In this document: positions 38,302 through 50,110 of the stretch, in pieces | How the letters are laid out: every line of letters starts with the position of its first letter | How positions within the stretch are numbered: the first letter of the stretch is position 1 | NCBI GenBank assembly: GCA_028534125.1 | Contig: CM052818.1 | Coordinates: 44,332,001 to 44,396,000, forward strand | DNA length: 64,000 bases | Direction of reading: 5' to 3' | Source: Lama glama | Lineage: Eukaryota | Translations under genes and position numbers: made by a program | The notes under the pieces: generated by a model | The model's input: the letters and a program-made list of their open reading frames with translations, nothing else | The model's database searches: none | What the model was told of the DNA's origin: nothing

Positions 38302-39098
38302 CTAAATCACACAAAGAAAGTTGCAAATAAAGAAAAATATACAACTGAATGTATCCAAGCATGAATTCTTCCACCATAATTCTTCCTACAAGATTTTTTT
38401 GATGTGGTATAAACATTTCTTTAATCATCACATTTTTCTACATTCCATGAGGAAGCCTCCTAAGATATGGTGGGTCCTGTTTATGTTTGGGTCTATCAGA
38501 TCACACAAAAGCAATTATGATGGTCCATTGATTCATAAACATGAATGTGGACATCTTTAAATGTTTACACAAACACATTGATTACTTACATTTGGAAGCC
38601 TACAAGGGAGCACTGCACTGATCTTTAATGCAATGTTGGGGAAAAAAATAAGGTTCTTTGCAAATTCAGTAATCAGCCTATATTCACTGCTCATTAGACT
38701 GACTCTTGAAATCATCTTCAGTTTGTTTGCAAAGATGATTCACATCTGCACCAACACGTGTGGTGGAGCCGAAGTGTGTGTGTGGAGGGAGGTACGCTTT
38801 GGGCTACAAATCCAGAGTGGTTTTCAGCATCTGTGGGCTTGAGAATCGACCCCCAAAGGAGCCAAAAAGCAATGGCAAACAGGAGAAGCAGAGAAATTCA
38901 TTTCCAGCAGATCAGCTCTGACTCTCACAATTCCTAGCAATTGAGCAAATGGTACTGTCGCTAAAGGTTTTTGCATATTATAGAACCATTAAATAGGCAT
39001 TGTGGCAAAAGACATTAAACATTTTGTTTTCTCACCTCTCATCTCCACTTTTATTTAGTTTGGATTCTGATGGTGGAATGCATTTAAAACTATAAAAT

Positions 39099-39260
39099 GG
39101 GGGAGGTTGGGGTGCGGACATAGCTCAGTGGTAGAGTGCATGCCTAGCATGTACGAGGTCCTGGGTTCAATCCCCGGTACCTCCACCAAAAGTAATAAAT
39201 AAATAGATAAACTTAATTACCTCCCTCCACTAAAAACAATTGAAAAAATTGAAGGAAAAA
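39099..39260 (+). mobile_element. Vic-1 camelid SINE (possibly extended to 39371)
   Basis: TAGCTCAGTGGTAGAGTGCATGCCTAGCATGTACGAGGTCCTGGGTTCAATCCCC..TAATTACCTCCC plus A-rich tail. Confidence 0.93.
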
Positions 39261-39855
39261 ATACATCTAGGAGAAATACATCTAGGAAATAGTAGTGGGG
39301 CAGAGCTTGCTCTCTGACTAAACCATGCATTTTAAAATTGTGGTAAAATATAGATCACATTAAAAAAAAAACCTATAAAGAGCCTAGAGAGTAATTACTA
39401 TGACTGCGGAGTCAAAGCTGACAGAGACACGCAGCATACAATTTCTATTTCAAAGTATCAAACTGACATAAACAGTTGTGATTTATTTGTTTACTGATGG
39501 CAACCTGAAGCTTCTAGAATTCCTAAGACATCCCTGTGAATGAGCAGACAGGAAAAATGGACAGATGAAATTTAGAATCAAGGTGAGTTAGAATAAGGGG
39601 CAAGGTGTGTTATCGATTCACAAACTTCCTGAATCTGTTTTTTCCCAGCGCTACGGAAAAGGGACTTGTGACTTCTGTGTAACCCTCATCCCATCTCATC
39701 CCACTCTCTTAAACTGGTTTAAAAAGAGAAAAACTAATAATTGAATGACAATCCTAATCTCAAATGCAGAATTTATGCAGAAACAGGAATGGGAAAGATC
39801 ATATTCTTCTTCCACAGTTGATGGTTGTCAGCTGCTGAAGTAAATGATGTAAGGG

Positions 39856-40056
39856 GTGTGTGTGTGTGTGTGTGACAGACAGAGGGAGAGAGGAAGAGGT
39901 TTTAAGGAATTGGCTCGTATTATCACATGACTGTGAGGCTGGAACTACTGACTGAAATGTTAATCTCATCTAAACAATACTTTCACAGCAAAATACTTTC
40001 TGGACTAGTGTTTGACCATGTATCTGGGTGTCATGGCCTAGCCAAGTCGGCACATA
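39856..40056 (-). mobile_element. MLT2 (ERVL) LTR fragments with (GT)n
   Basis: TTTAAGGAATTGGCTC..GAGGCTGG and TAGTGTTTGACCA..TGGCCTAGCCAAGTCGGCACATA. Confidence 0.7.
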
Positions 40057-40579
40057 GTTTCCTAGTTGCTTTTCACACTTTATCTCTATTAATCTCCATA
40101 TTTAACCTATAACACCCATGTGCGTTATTAGACTATATCATCTCATTTAACCCTCAGAAGAATTCATCAAGATAAAGCACCATTTTTTCACCATTTTTTT
40201 ATAGATGAAATTGAGGTTTGCAGTGGTTGTATAACTTGCTGAAGTCACCCAGCTGGCAAGGGTCTGCCATGAAGAGAAAACCCAGCTGCCCCCATCCTGA
40301 AGCCCTTGCCCATGGTACAGCACCGCAGCCCCCCGTAGTGAAAGGACCAGGTGAGAACCCCTGGACAAGTAGACCAGATGCTAGAAGGAGCACCTGTCTT
40401 TGGATTAGAAGGAAACAAGGGTACATTTTAAGGAATAAGAGAGAAAACTAAGCTTCCCACAGAGGAAAGTGACCTGATGCAAAACAGCAGAAGCTCCCAG
40501 GCAGAGAGAATGACACATGTTCAGGTACATCATTAATGTTGGTGGCCCCCGGCTGTGGAGGACGTGAGCTGGGAGGAGC

Positions 40580-40790
40580 CAGCCTGGAGCCAGAGTCACG
40601 TTGCCTGAGGCAGTGGCCCTGCCACCTCCTAGTTGTGTGACCTTGAGCAAGTTACTTAACCTTGTTTATCTGTTTCCATATGTGTCAAAAGAGGATCTGG
40701 TACTTACTTTGCCTAATTATTATGGGAATTCCAGATAATGAGTATTAATTACCTGAGACACAGGAAACCCTCCACCAACCAGAACACTGA
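40580..40790 (+). mobile_element. MIR SINE
   Basis: CTGCCACCTCCTAGTTGTGTGACCTTGAGCAAGTTACTTAACCT. Confidence 0.8.
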
Positions 40791-43740
40791 GTGCCAGATG
40801 CCCACATAGTACATTTTCTGGCTTCTTGTACTGGAGCAAAACGAGATCAAATGTGGCTTTTGTTGTCGCCAGCAGACCAGAGTGACCAAGGTGAGGGACA
40901 ACAGGCCCCACCCATGTCCTGTGGGTGTTGACGTCACTAGTTGCAGCCCTGTGACCAGAAAGCCAGGTGTCAGGGCCTCTAGAACAGAAGCTGGGTGGCT
41001 TTGCTCAGCTTTGTGACCACAGGCTGCAGAAGCAGCATAACTGGGGGCTGCGAAGGAGGCGGAGACGGGGCATGGAGGGGAGTGTGAGGATGGCCTATTG
41101 CAAATCCAGACCCTCACCAGGAAACTCCTCAACCTGGTTGTCTAGTCACTGGAAAGTCAGCATGTCCCCTCTCGTGTGACATGGTGCAGGCATCCCCCTG
41201 AGAGCCGGCACTGTATTGGGACATCCTGTACTGCATGCTGGGATCGCAGAGACAAGTCACACACCATCTCACCCTCAGTGAGCCCAGGGTCTAGGGGAGA
41301 AGAAGGGTAGCAAAGAGATCAATGAGTTACAGTGTGCCGGAAACTCTGCCAAGGTCTGCATGCGATGCAGAAAACATGGAAAGGAGCAGTGATCGGTGCT
41401 CCCTGGGGCATTAGGTGTGACCTCACAGGTAGGTGCCCCCAGGTGGGAGGTGCATGGAGCCCGGGGAGATGCTCACTGCCTACAGCCAACTTCTCCCCGA
41501 GACGATCCAAAGACGCCTCAGACTTGACGTCCCAGCCATGACCCACTTCTCATCCTGTTTTCTCTGGCTCCATTAGTAGTGACCCCACCCCCTGACAGTC
41601 ACCCAAGCCAGAAACTGGAAGTCACTGAGGACTCCGTGCCCTGTCCCCACCCCTCATGCCCAGTTACCAGGTCCCGCTTATATTCCAACCCCATATTTCT
41701 CAGATCACTCTTTGCCTTTCATTCCCACTGTGATCACCAGTCCTCCAACCCCAAGGAAAGAAGAAAGGAAGGTCAATTCCCCCAAAAGAAAAGAGACAGT
41801 CTCTTCCATAAGAAGAGGGAAGGGATGCCAGAAATCCAAATTCAGCAGATGTCCACGGCACTAATAATAGTTAAAGAACCAAGTTTTAAAATGTTACTCT
41901 TTTCATAAATTAGAGCATATTAAAGGTTATCCTGAACATAATGTCACTCTCAGTCGCATACTAATATGTGTTCTAAAGTGGGAGAGCAGGAGTGGAATTA
42001 GAACAACCTCAGGGCGGCGGCCGGGAGAGGTACCCCAGCGATGATCCTGGGGCCGGGGCTTGGGCACTGGGCAGGCACCTGGGACGAACAAGGTGTGAAA
42101 AATCTGCACACACCTGCCGGGGCCACAGCAGAGGCAAGTGTGAAAATGACCAAACCCAGGCACGGAGACCTCAGATCATTCAGAGGGAGGTCCTCCAACT
42201 CTATTCTGAAAAACTGCTATTCAGTTCTGCTATCAGTCTTGGCTGACTTCCAGTTCAGGAAAAGACCTTATGCTCAGCTAAAGTGCTCCCCGAGTCTGTC
42301 CATCTATTGCTTTTTCCACATCTGTAACAAGGACCCATTTCAACCCCTCACCATGGCTGCTGGGATTTTCAGGTTCTTCATGGGGATGGTGGGATTTTTT
42401 TATTTTCATGATCTTGATGGGGAAAAAAAAATGAAATGAATCCTTTGGTGGCATTGCAACTGCTGTTGTTTTGAAATGTTTCGGTTTTATTTTGAGACTT
42501 GTATTTTGTGAGTATCTGTTTCTACATTTGGAGGTTCATGCAATATGCATGGTTTCTTTACAAGATGTGCTATGCATTGAGGGAGACAGGACTGTCTGCC
42601 AGACTTTGTTGAGAAAACCCAGAGCAGTTACACCTGACCGGAAAACCATCTGCGTCTGCCCCGTGGACACATGGTCAGGGCCGGGATTGGCACAGGAAGC
42701 CCGGACTCTCGTTCAAAGAGCTCTCAGCTAAACGATGCCCCAGAAGAGAAATGGTAGATTTACAGCAGTTGAGGAATGCTTATCACTTGAAATAAATATT
42801 TATTTTTAATGATTTTTTTTTTCCTGGAAAAGTGGCCGGCAAATAAAGGTCTTGAGAGATACACCGTATATCCAATTCCTGAATGGGAGGTCATCGTCTC
42901 CAAGTTACGTGAGGTATAAACCTAGGAGCAGAAGTATGAGTGCCCCACCTAAAACAGAACTAAAGCCCTGGTGAGAGCCACCAGCACTGTGGTTGTTCCC
43001 CACTTCATACTCCTGCTGTCTGTACGTGCCTGGCACACACCGGGTACTCAAGAAATGGTAAGAGTGTCATTACTATTACTGACACTGTACTTGAATCTTT
43101 AGTCTTTAGCACAGGCCCTGGAACACAGTAGGTGCTTTATAAATGTCCATCAAATGCCTGAATGAATACCAGGAAGAGGCATCTGGCCGCTGACTGGCAG
43201 CAGACTGTGATGCTCCAGGGCTTTCTCTGGGCTCAGCTGTGAGGGACGCTGATGACGGATCTGGGAAGAGCCTCTCCCCAGGGAAAGCGGGTCCACCAAC
43301 CCCAAAGAGTCCCCGGCTAAGATCGGAGCTGCCGACGTTGTATGTCAAGCCAGCCTTGGAGTAACATTTTCCAAGTTCCCTCCAGCCCTCAAATTCACTC
43401 CTGGCCAAAGATCGAATAAGCTTGGCAGGAGGCTGGAGGCTGCTTCTCAATTTGTACGAAACGCTGATTGAAGATCTCAGCTGAAAACAGACTTTGTCCA
43501 TGCAGAGCACACCCGTCCGGGCTTTCATGACAGTCCAAAGGAAAAGGAACTTGTTTTGTTTGGTCGCACTGGGCCCACTCCCACATCTTCTGCCAGCCAG
43601 GCTGGCAGACAAGCCGAGCCGAGCCGGGAGCAGTGGAAAGGAAACCCCCAGGGTGCTCGTCTTTTCGTGCATGCGAAGGGAAGACAGATTCCTCTTTTCT
43701 GTCTCCTTTCTGTCCTGCTTGTTTTCTCTCTCCTAGTGAC

Positions 43741-43796
43741 TCTCCCTCCCTCCCTCCATCCATCCCTCTCTCTCTCTCTCTTTCTCTCTCTCTTTT
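43741..43796. repeat. Polypyrimidine (CCCT)n/(CT)n tract
   Basis: Direct inspection. Confidence 0.9.
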
Positions 43797-44234
43797 AAAG
43801 TCCTCTACCCCACCCCTCAGTCTGTCCTGCCGACCCTGCCCTTCAGGGACAGACACCAAAGCCCGCCACGTCCTTCCAGCTCCACTCGTCCTGGGGTGGA
43901 CTTGAGGTCGGAGCATCCTGGCTCCGCGCCCCCCTATAGTTGCGATCTTGGGCAAACCATTCATTATCACTCATTTCATGGCTTCAGTGATTGACTTGTA
44001 CACGTCTGTAAAATAGCTGACACCCAGGAAGCGCTCAAATAGGATTTGTTTTTCGTCGTGTTCCCTCATCCTTCTCATCAGATCATTGCTGGGGTCCAGA
44101 ATTCTCCATAGCTGAACTCATCCAAATGAAGACATATTAGATAAGAAACGTTATCTGAAAGTCCTGGACACAATAGGAGCTCAAGAAGCATCAGCTATTG
44201 CTACTGTTATATATCATCCCATCATCTCATCATC

Positions 44235-44440
44235 ATCGACTATTTGTGGAGCCTCTTTATGTGCTAAAGCCTGTAACGGGCACTTAAAAAAATGCTATTT
44301 CTCATCACCATAACCCTACAAGGTCGACATTACTGTCCCGTTTTCTGCAGACAAGGAAACTGTGGCTCAGGAAACAAAGTGAGCAACTCAAAACCACACA
44401 GCTAGCAAGTGGCCAAATCAGGACTGTCTAATTGGATCTC
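44235..44440 (-). mobile_element. MIR SINE
   Basis: TAACCCTACAAGGT..CAGACAAGGAAACTGTGGCTCAG..CACACAGCTAGCAAGTGGC. Confidence 0.8.
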
Positions 44441-45852
44441 ATCAGCAGTCATCCTCCTCTGAGGCTCAGGTGAAAGAGAAACAGAGGGAAAATAAGCAGA
44501 TGATGTGACCCCTGGTCTCCCACGGGAGTGCTCAGAGAAACAGGTTACGGGCATCAAACTAGAGCCAGGGCTGCCAGACTGTGAAGAAATGAGAACTGAG
44601 CTGTGCAGGAGAGAGACGGGTGCTTGCTGGAGAGACCTGGGGAAGCCTCAGGGTCAGAGCAGCCTTGAGCTGGACCTGGACCAGCGGAGCCCAAAGGGGA
44701 CAGCTAGGAGCTCTGGCAGGATGGGGTGGGAAGGCTGGGAGCAACAACGGATACTGACTGAGGACCTCCTGTGCTCCTGCCCAGGGCTGGACAGCAAACA
44801 TGCATCACCCCGTTGTCCAGGGGAGGAAGTGCAGCCATCCAAGTAACAGGTGGGAACAGGCAGGGCACTTCCAGCAAATGGTGCTACTTGGGGACATCAG
44901 CTGGAAGCCTATCTTGACTCATGAAGAGGAATGACCAGGTCACTCTCACCCCAAGGGCACGATAATGTTTCAGACTTTCCTTTCATTCTCCTTTGCCTGC
45001 TCAGCCCTCGAGGTGGGCTTCCCATAGGGAACGAGGTGCCCATGCTTTCTTGACACAATATGGTGGGTCTGTCTGTCATTCCTTCCCTTAACCGGCGCAT
45101 GCTGTGGAGCCCCTACTGTGTGGCTGGCTCTTGTCAGAGATGCCAGGACACACAGATCCATCTTCCAGAGACCCTGCCTTTGAAACTACTCTCATGTGGC
45201 TCCTGAGTTCATCCCAGATGCTGGACCACTGCCAAATAAATGTAAGGAAGAGCACAGCGAATCTTAATTACAGCATGGAGTAAATTCACTAAACTATGCC
45301 TCGTTGTCTACTTTCCTCGGTTGTCCAATCTGTAACCCACTGACCAGCTACAAATACTTATAATTATTTTCTTTCATCATGCTCAAAACCACTAATTAGA
45401 GTAATTACTGCAAAGTATAGTTAACATGAATCAAGCTGACATGAAGCAAATCCTGCCCCATCTCCCCATTTTGGCTTTCCTCTAAGTGCCCTACTCTTCT
45501 GTTAGTTGGTTTCCCAGGCCAGACTCACCCAATTTGCTAAAATGTTCGACTATCTGATGAGGCTCCACACTCCTGGCCTCTCTGACATTAGGCAGAGTAA
45601 ACACCAATGGTAAGTGAAGATTTCCAAAGATTCGAGCCTGGCGGGTCAGACCTCTGATCGCTTCCAGCTCCCCTGCAACCGATGGCTCTCTTCTCATCCA
45701 GGTCCATTTTATGGCTTGTATCCCAGGCCTGAAGGCTTTGGTGTCTGTTGCCTTGTCATGAAAGGCCCATTAGCATGAATATTTATTTTTTAAAGACGTT
45801 GCCCCGGCGCACAGAGAGAAATGGCTTTGATGTAATCAAAAGAGCTAAACAT

Positions 45853-45951
45853 CTGTATGTATATGTATGGCTGAAACATGATGTTGCACACCAGAAATTA
45901 ACATTGTAACTGATTCTATGTCAATTTAAATAAATAAATAAATAAATAAAC

Positions 45952-45984
<33 letters not shown>
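45853..45984 (+). mobile_element. Short L1 3' tail whose poly(A) became (TAAA)n(CTAA)n
   Basis: TGTATGTATATGTATGGCTGAAACA..CACCAGAAATTAACATTGTAACTGA..TCAAT followed by a compound tetranucleotide repeat at 45927-45984. Confidence 0.88.
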
Positions 45985-46536
45985 CGGCTGGAAGATGAGG
46001 TCCTTGGCTCTTGATCCCTGGGGATTTCGGGCAAGTCACTTCCCCCCGCTGACCGTGGGCTTCCTCCGGGGTGCAGGTGACAACTAACGCCCGCCCCAGA
46101 GCATGAGCGGGTGTGGACGTGAGGGTGGGCCCGCTACTGTCCATGTTGACTCTGGAAGGTGCTGATTGTTGTATGACTAGGGTAGGAAGTGGTAGAGTCC
46201 AGAATGAAAGGCACGTATCCCGTGGGGGACACTCTGACTGCAAGCTCACGGGTGTTTTGGTGTATTTGCTGTTCTGCTGTGTTGTCTGGATGGATTTATT
46301 CTTTCAGGAAACCAAGCTGCCCTCCCAGTCATCTTCCACTCACGCCCTAAAGACGGGCATGAGAACAGGGCACAGTATCTCAGCACCCCTCCCCTTCCTC
46401 ACCCTCATTATGACACTTACTTACTCCACATGTAACACTCATTTGGGAACCAGCTGCTCCAGCCCCTCCACCAGTGCACTCTGAGCAGGGGCTGTCTGCT
46501 TCCTCTCCCCGCCGGTGCCAGCACGGTGACAGCTCC

Positions 46537-47070
46537 AGGGCAGCTGCCAACTTAACATGCAGCTACTGAAGCTTAAATGTCAGGATCCCCCATTTGCACA
46601 GGCCCCTTCCAAAGCCTTGAACCTCATTTTATGTTCATAACTTTGTGTCCTGTGATGGGCTGAACTGTGTCCCACAAATTTATATTGAAGCCCAGCCCTC
46701 CAGGACCTCAGAATGTGGCTGTATTTGGAGATAAGGTGAAGAGGCAATTAAGTTAAAATGGGATCATTAAGGTGGGCCCTAATCCAACGGGACTGGGGTC
46801 CCTGTAAGAAGAGGAAATTGGAACATGGACACACACAGAGAGAAGACAACGTGAAGAAACAGGAAAAAGACAGCTGTGTGCAGGACAAGGAGAGAGCCCT
46901 CAGAAGAAACCAACCCTGCTGACACTTCGATCTCAAACTTCCAGCTTCCAGAACTATGAGAGGATAAATTTCTGTCTTTGGTGCTTTGTTTTGGCAGACT
47001 GAGCAAACGAACGCATATTCAGCCAAAATGTAAAAGCCTCAAGCCCCACAAAAGCTGGCCTGCCACAGTG
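46537..47070 (+). mobile_element. hAT-Tip100 type MITE (ORSL-like), split by MLT1B
   Basis: GCTACTGAAGCTTAA..TTGCACAGGCCCCTTCCAAAGCC on the left and AAGCCTCAAGCCCCACAAAAGCTGG on the right of the LTR. Confidence 0.55.
46651..47015 (+). mobile_element. MaLR solo LTR, MLT1B-like
   Basis: TGTGATGGGCTGAACTGTGTCCC..GGTGGGCCCTAATCCAA..CAGAAGAAACCAACCCTGCTGACAC..CA. Confidence 0.92.
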
Positions 47071-49254
47071 TAGACGCATGACTGGCTGACACTTGAATGA
47101 CTAGTCAGGGCATCATCAGAACGCGCTAGGCGGAGAGTGACGGCCAGAGAGACCTGTGCTGCTGGCGTAAAGAGCGGGGGCTTCTCGGGCGGAAGGCAGA
47201 AGAGCTCCTGAAGCAAAGGGCCAAGACTCAGTTTGACTCAGTTCCTATTGCAACAGACTTTGTTCTTGAGCCTGTATTACGCTTTCCTCTGGCAGCTTCT
47301 GGTCAGTTTCATCAATGTGTATGAGAGACCACATGGGACTCAGCCACAGCGAGCTCTCTTACCCTGAGGTTCTAAAAAGGAGGGACGGGTAAGACCCAGG
47401 AATCCAAATGACAACTGCAGAAAATCGAAGCAATTTCTGGAAGATCTTCTGAAATGCCCAGCTTACAGGGCAAAGGACTCCCAAGAAAATTCTGATTTAG
47501 GGAAATTACAGGCCTTTTAGCTTCTCAAGTTATCTTATAATCATTGAAATGAGAGAGGAGCAGATGGCAGGATCTACCCAGAAACTTTAAAAAGGAAAGC
47601 AGCGGGTAGAGGTTAAAAACATGTATTATTTATTCCTCAGAAGGGGAAGTAAATTTTAAAATATGAGGACAGTTAGCATGGACGGCACAATGTGCCGTCT
47701 TTCTCTGCCTCATGCAATGTTCAAAACGACCTCACAAAATGATTTTATGATTAAGTAGATGAGGAAACTGATGCCTGAGTTTACACGGACAGCAACATTG
47801 TTAAGCCTTGATCTTTCGAGTCGAATCTCCTTTACTTCTCATCATAGTGATAGATTTGTATGTATCTTTCTGTGCGTGGTTGTAAAATGCTTTGTGCTTA
47901 CTATTTTTAATGAGAAAAATATAAAATGATTGTTTAATTAGAAGCATTACTAGGGATTTGTATTTCTTAAATAGTCAGGCTAAGGCTGACTCCTTTTGCC
48001 AAAAACCTGAGCTATAATCCCCCCCACCCCCGGACAGAGACTGTGTCTCGTTTTCCCCTGTGCCCTGTGTTCATACAGTACCTGGTCTTCCAAAGGTGCT
48101 GGAGATATTTGCTGCTGAACCCTGGTAGCCTTCCCAGATCCAGGCCTGTACCTCAGTTTTGACTCCCCAGCCCCACTGCCCTGCTCCCAAGTCCAAACCC
48201 TTCCCAAACCCAGGATCTGGCTTGGTCCCAACCCAGGGTTTAGAGCTCAGCTGCCTCTGATCCAAACGTGCAGGTGACATCCTCTCCCAACCTCATCCTG
48301 CAGCATCCAACCCACCTGATCTGGACCCTCCTTCTCTTTTGCAAGCCCTGGGGGCTCTGGGATTAAGCCGACCACCCCTTTGATACTCCAGAAGAGGCCC
48401 TGCAACTCCCTATATAATAGAATAAAAATAGCCAACATTTACTGAGTCCTTACTCTGAGACAAGTACTATACAGGGTGCTTCACATCTGTAATCTCAGTT
48501 AACTCCCACTACATCCCTGGTGTTGTAAATGGTATGTATTATGGCCCTGGGTTAAGTACCAGAATCCTTATTTTGTTAATAAAGAAACCAAGGTACAGAG
48601 AAGTTAAGGAATGTAGCTTAGGGACAGGCAGGCAGGAGCAGAAAGTAATCCCCCATGTGCCCTGCGGTTTGCACGCACCACATTTACAGAAATGGACCCA
48701 AAGGCTGGTCTTGGCATCATCAAATCCCACACTCTGTCCTGAACTGACACAGGCTCAGGTCCAGGCTGTCTGATCCCGGAAGTGATGCTCTCCACTGCAT
48801 GCTCCACTGTCTCCCTACACAGAGAGGGTCCTGGGCAAAGTGATGGCTCCCAGAGTTGTGATAAGGATAAACTGAGTCTGGGGCTCTGCTCAGACTACTT
48901 CACAGGGCAGAGTTCAGCAGGCCAGCCACAGGGGCTCATCTGAGAAGTCAGGTGGCTCAGGGAGAAGGGAGAGAGAGGAAGGCTGTGCTCCCAGACAATG
49001 AGCATGGACCAGCTACCGTGTGCCTCTGATGAGCTTCTCCAGGGCGAACAGGTTGCTCCTGGTTTAATGGCTTAATTAGACATTGGGTAGCCGTCCCTGA
49101 GCCCAATCCTAAAGGACTCACAGAAAAATTCCAAGAGCCCCTTTACCCCAAATACCTGGAGTAGCCTAAGGATCCATCAGACTTTGTTCCTAAGGGTTGA
49201 GACATTATATAAAACCCACTTCACTGGCCACAGATCAGAATCAGAAATTTGACT

Positions 49255-49291
<37 letters not shown>

Positions 49292-49317
49292 TGACAGACA
49301 GACAGACAGACAGACAG
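49255..49317. repeat. Compound (GATA)n(GACA)n STR
   Basis: Direct inspection. Confidence 0.95.
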
Positions 49318-49869
49318 GTTGCTTTCCCTACACCTCTGCCCAAGGGGAAACTGGAAACGCCATTACAAGGGCCCATAGAAGAGGAAATGGCAAAGTAAAT
49401 CAGTCCAATCTGGCTCTGAAGGAAGGCCTGACCTACACTTGTGAACATGGACAAAATAGTGATGAATCATACCTTTCTTCCCAGATGTGAACCCTGAAAC
49501 CCTGCCAAGGTCTGTTTCAGTGTTTTATTGATGGAGTAACATGGCCACATCCCAGGGGCTGGCTCACTCATTCATGGAGCCAAGTCTTGGTAAATGTTTT
49601 ATGTTTGCAAATCCTTGAGCTTGATGAGCTGTGACGGTGTTCGCCCATCGCAGTCTGCCCCGTGTCCGTGGGGTCTGGGCAGTGCTCACACACAGTGGCA
49701 CTTCAGCACGCAACCCATCAATAAACATAGGTAGCACCTGCCCTGTAAGGGTTCAAGACCTTTGTGACAGCTGTTATCACGGAGTGTTGTGGTTTTCTTT
49801 TGTTTCACAAAGCCCACAAGATTACTGTTATGCTTTTCTAACAGTAACACCATGTTGTTAGAAAATTTT

Positions 49870-50110
49870 GAACTGGGATTCAGAAGACCTGGGTTTAAGA
49901 CCCAGCCCTGCCATTGACAAGTTTTGTGAACAGGGGGAAAATTCATAAACCTGAGTCTCAGTTTTCTCATCTGTAAAATGGGGGTGATAACACTTATCAT
50001 CGTGGGTTGACTGGATGCCCCATCTGTCTGTCTGGGATGATATAAGGCCAAGAATCAAAACATCCATGAAAGCACAATGCAAATTGCAAATAACTCTACA
50101 AATGTAATAT
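49870..50110 (+). mobile_element. MIR SINE
   Basis: AGAAGACCTGGGTTT..CTGAGTCTCAGTTTTCTCATCTGTAAAATGGGGGTGATAA. Confidence 0.85.

Noticed and set aside
43106..43970. Longest ORFs (188 and 191 aa, minus strand)
   Set aside because: They run through a (GA)n microsatellite and MIR/L2 remnants, overlap in different frames, and show no recognisable domain.
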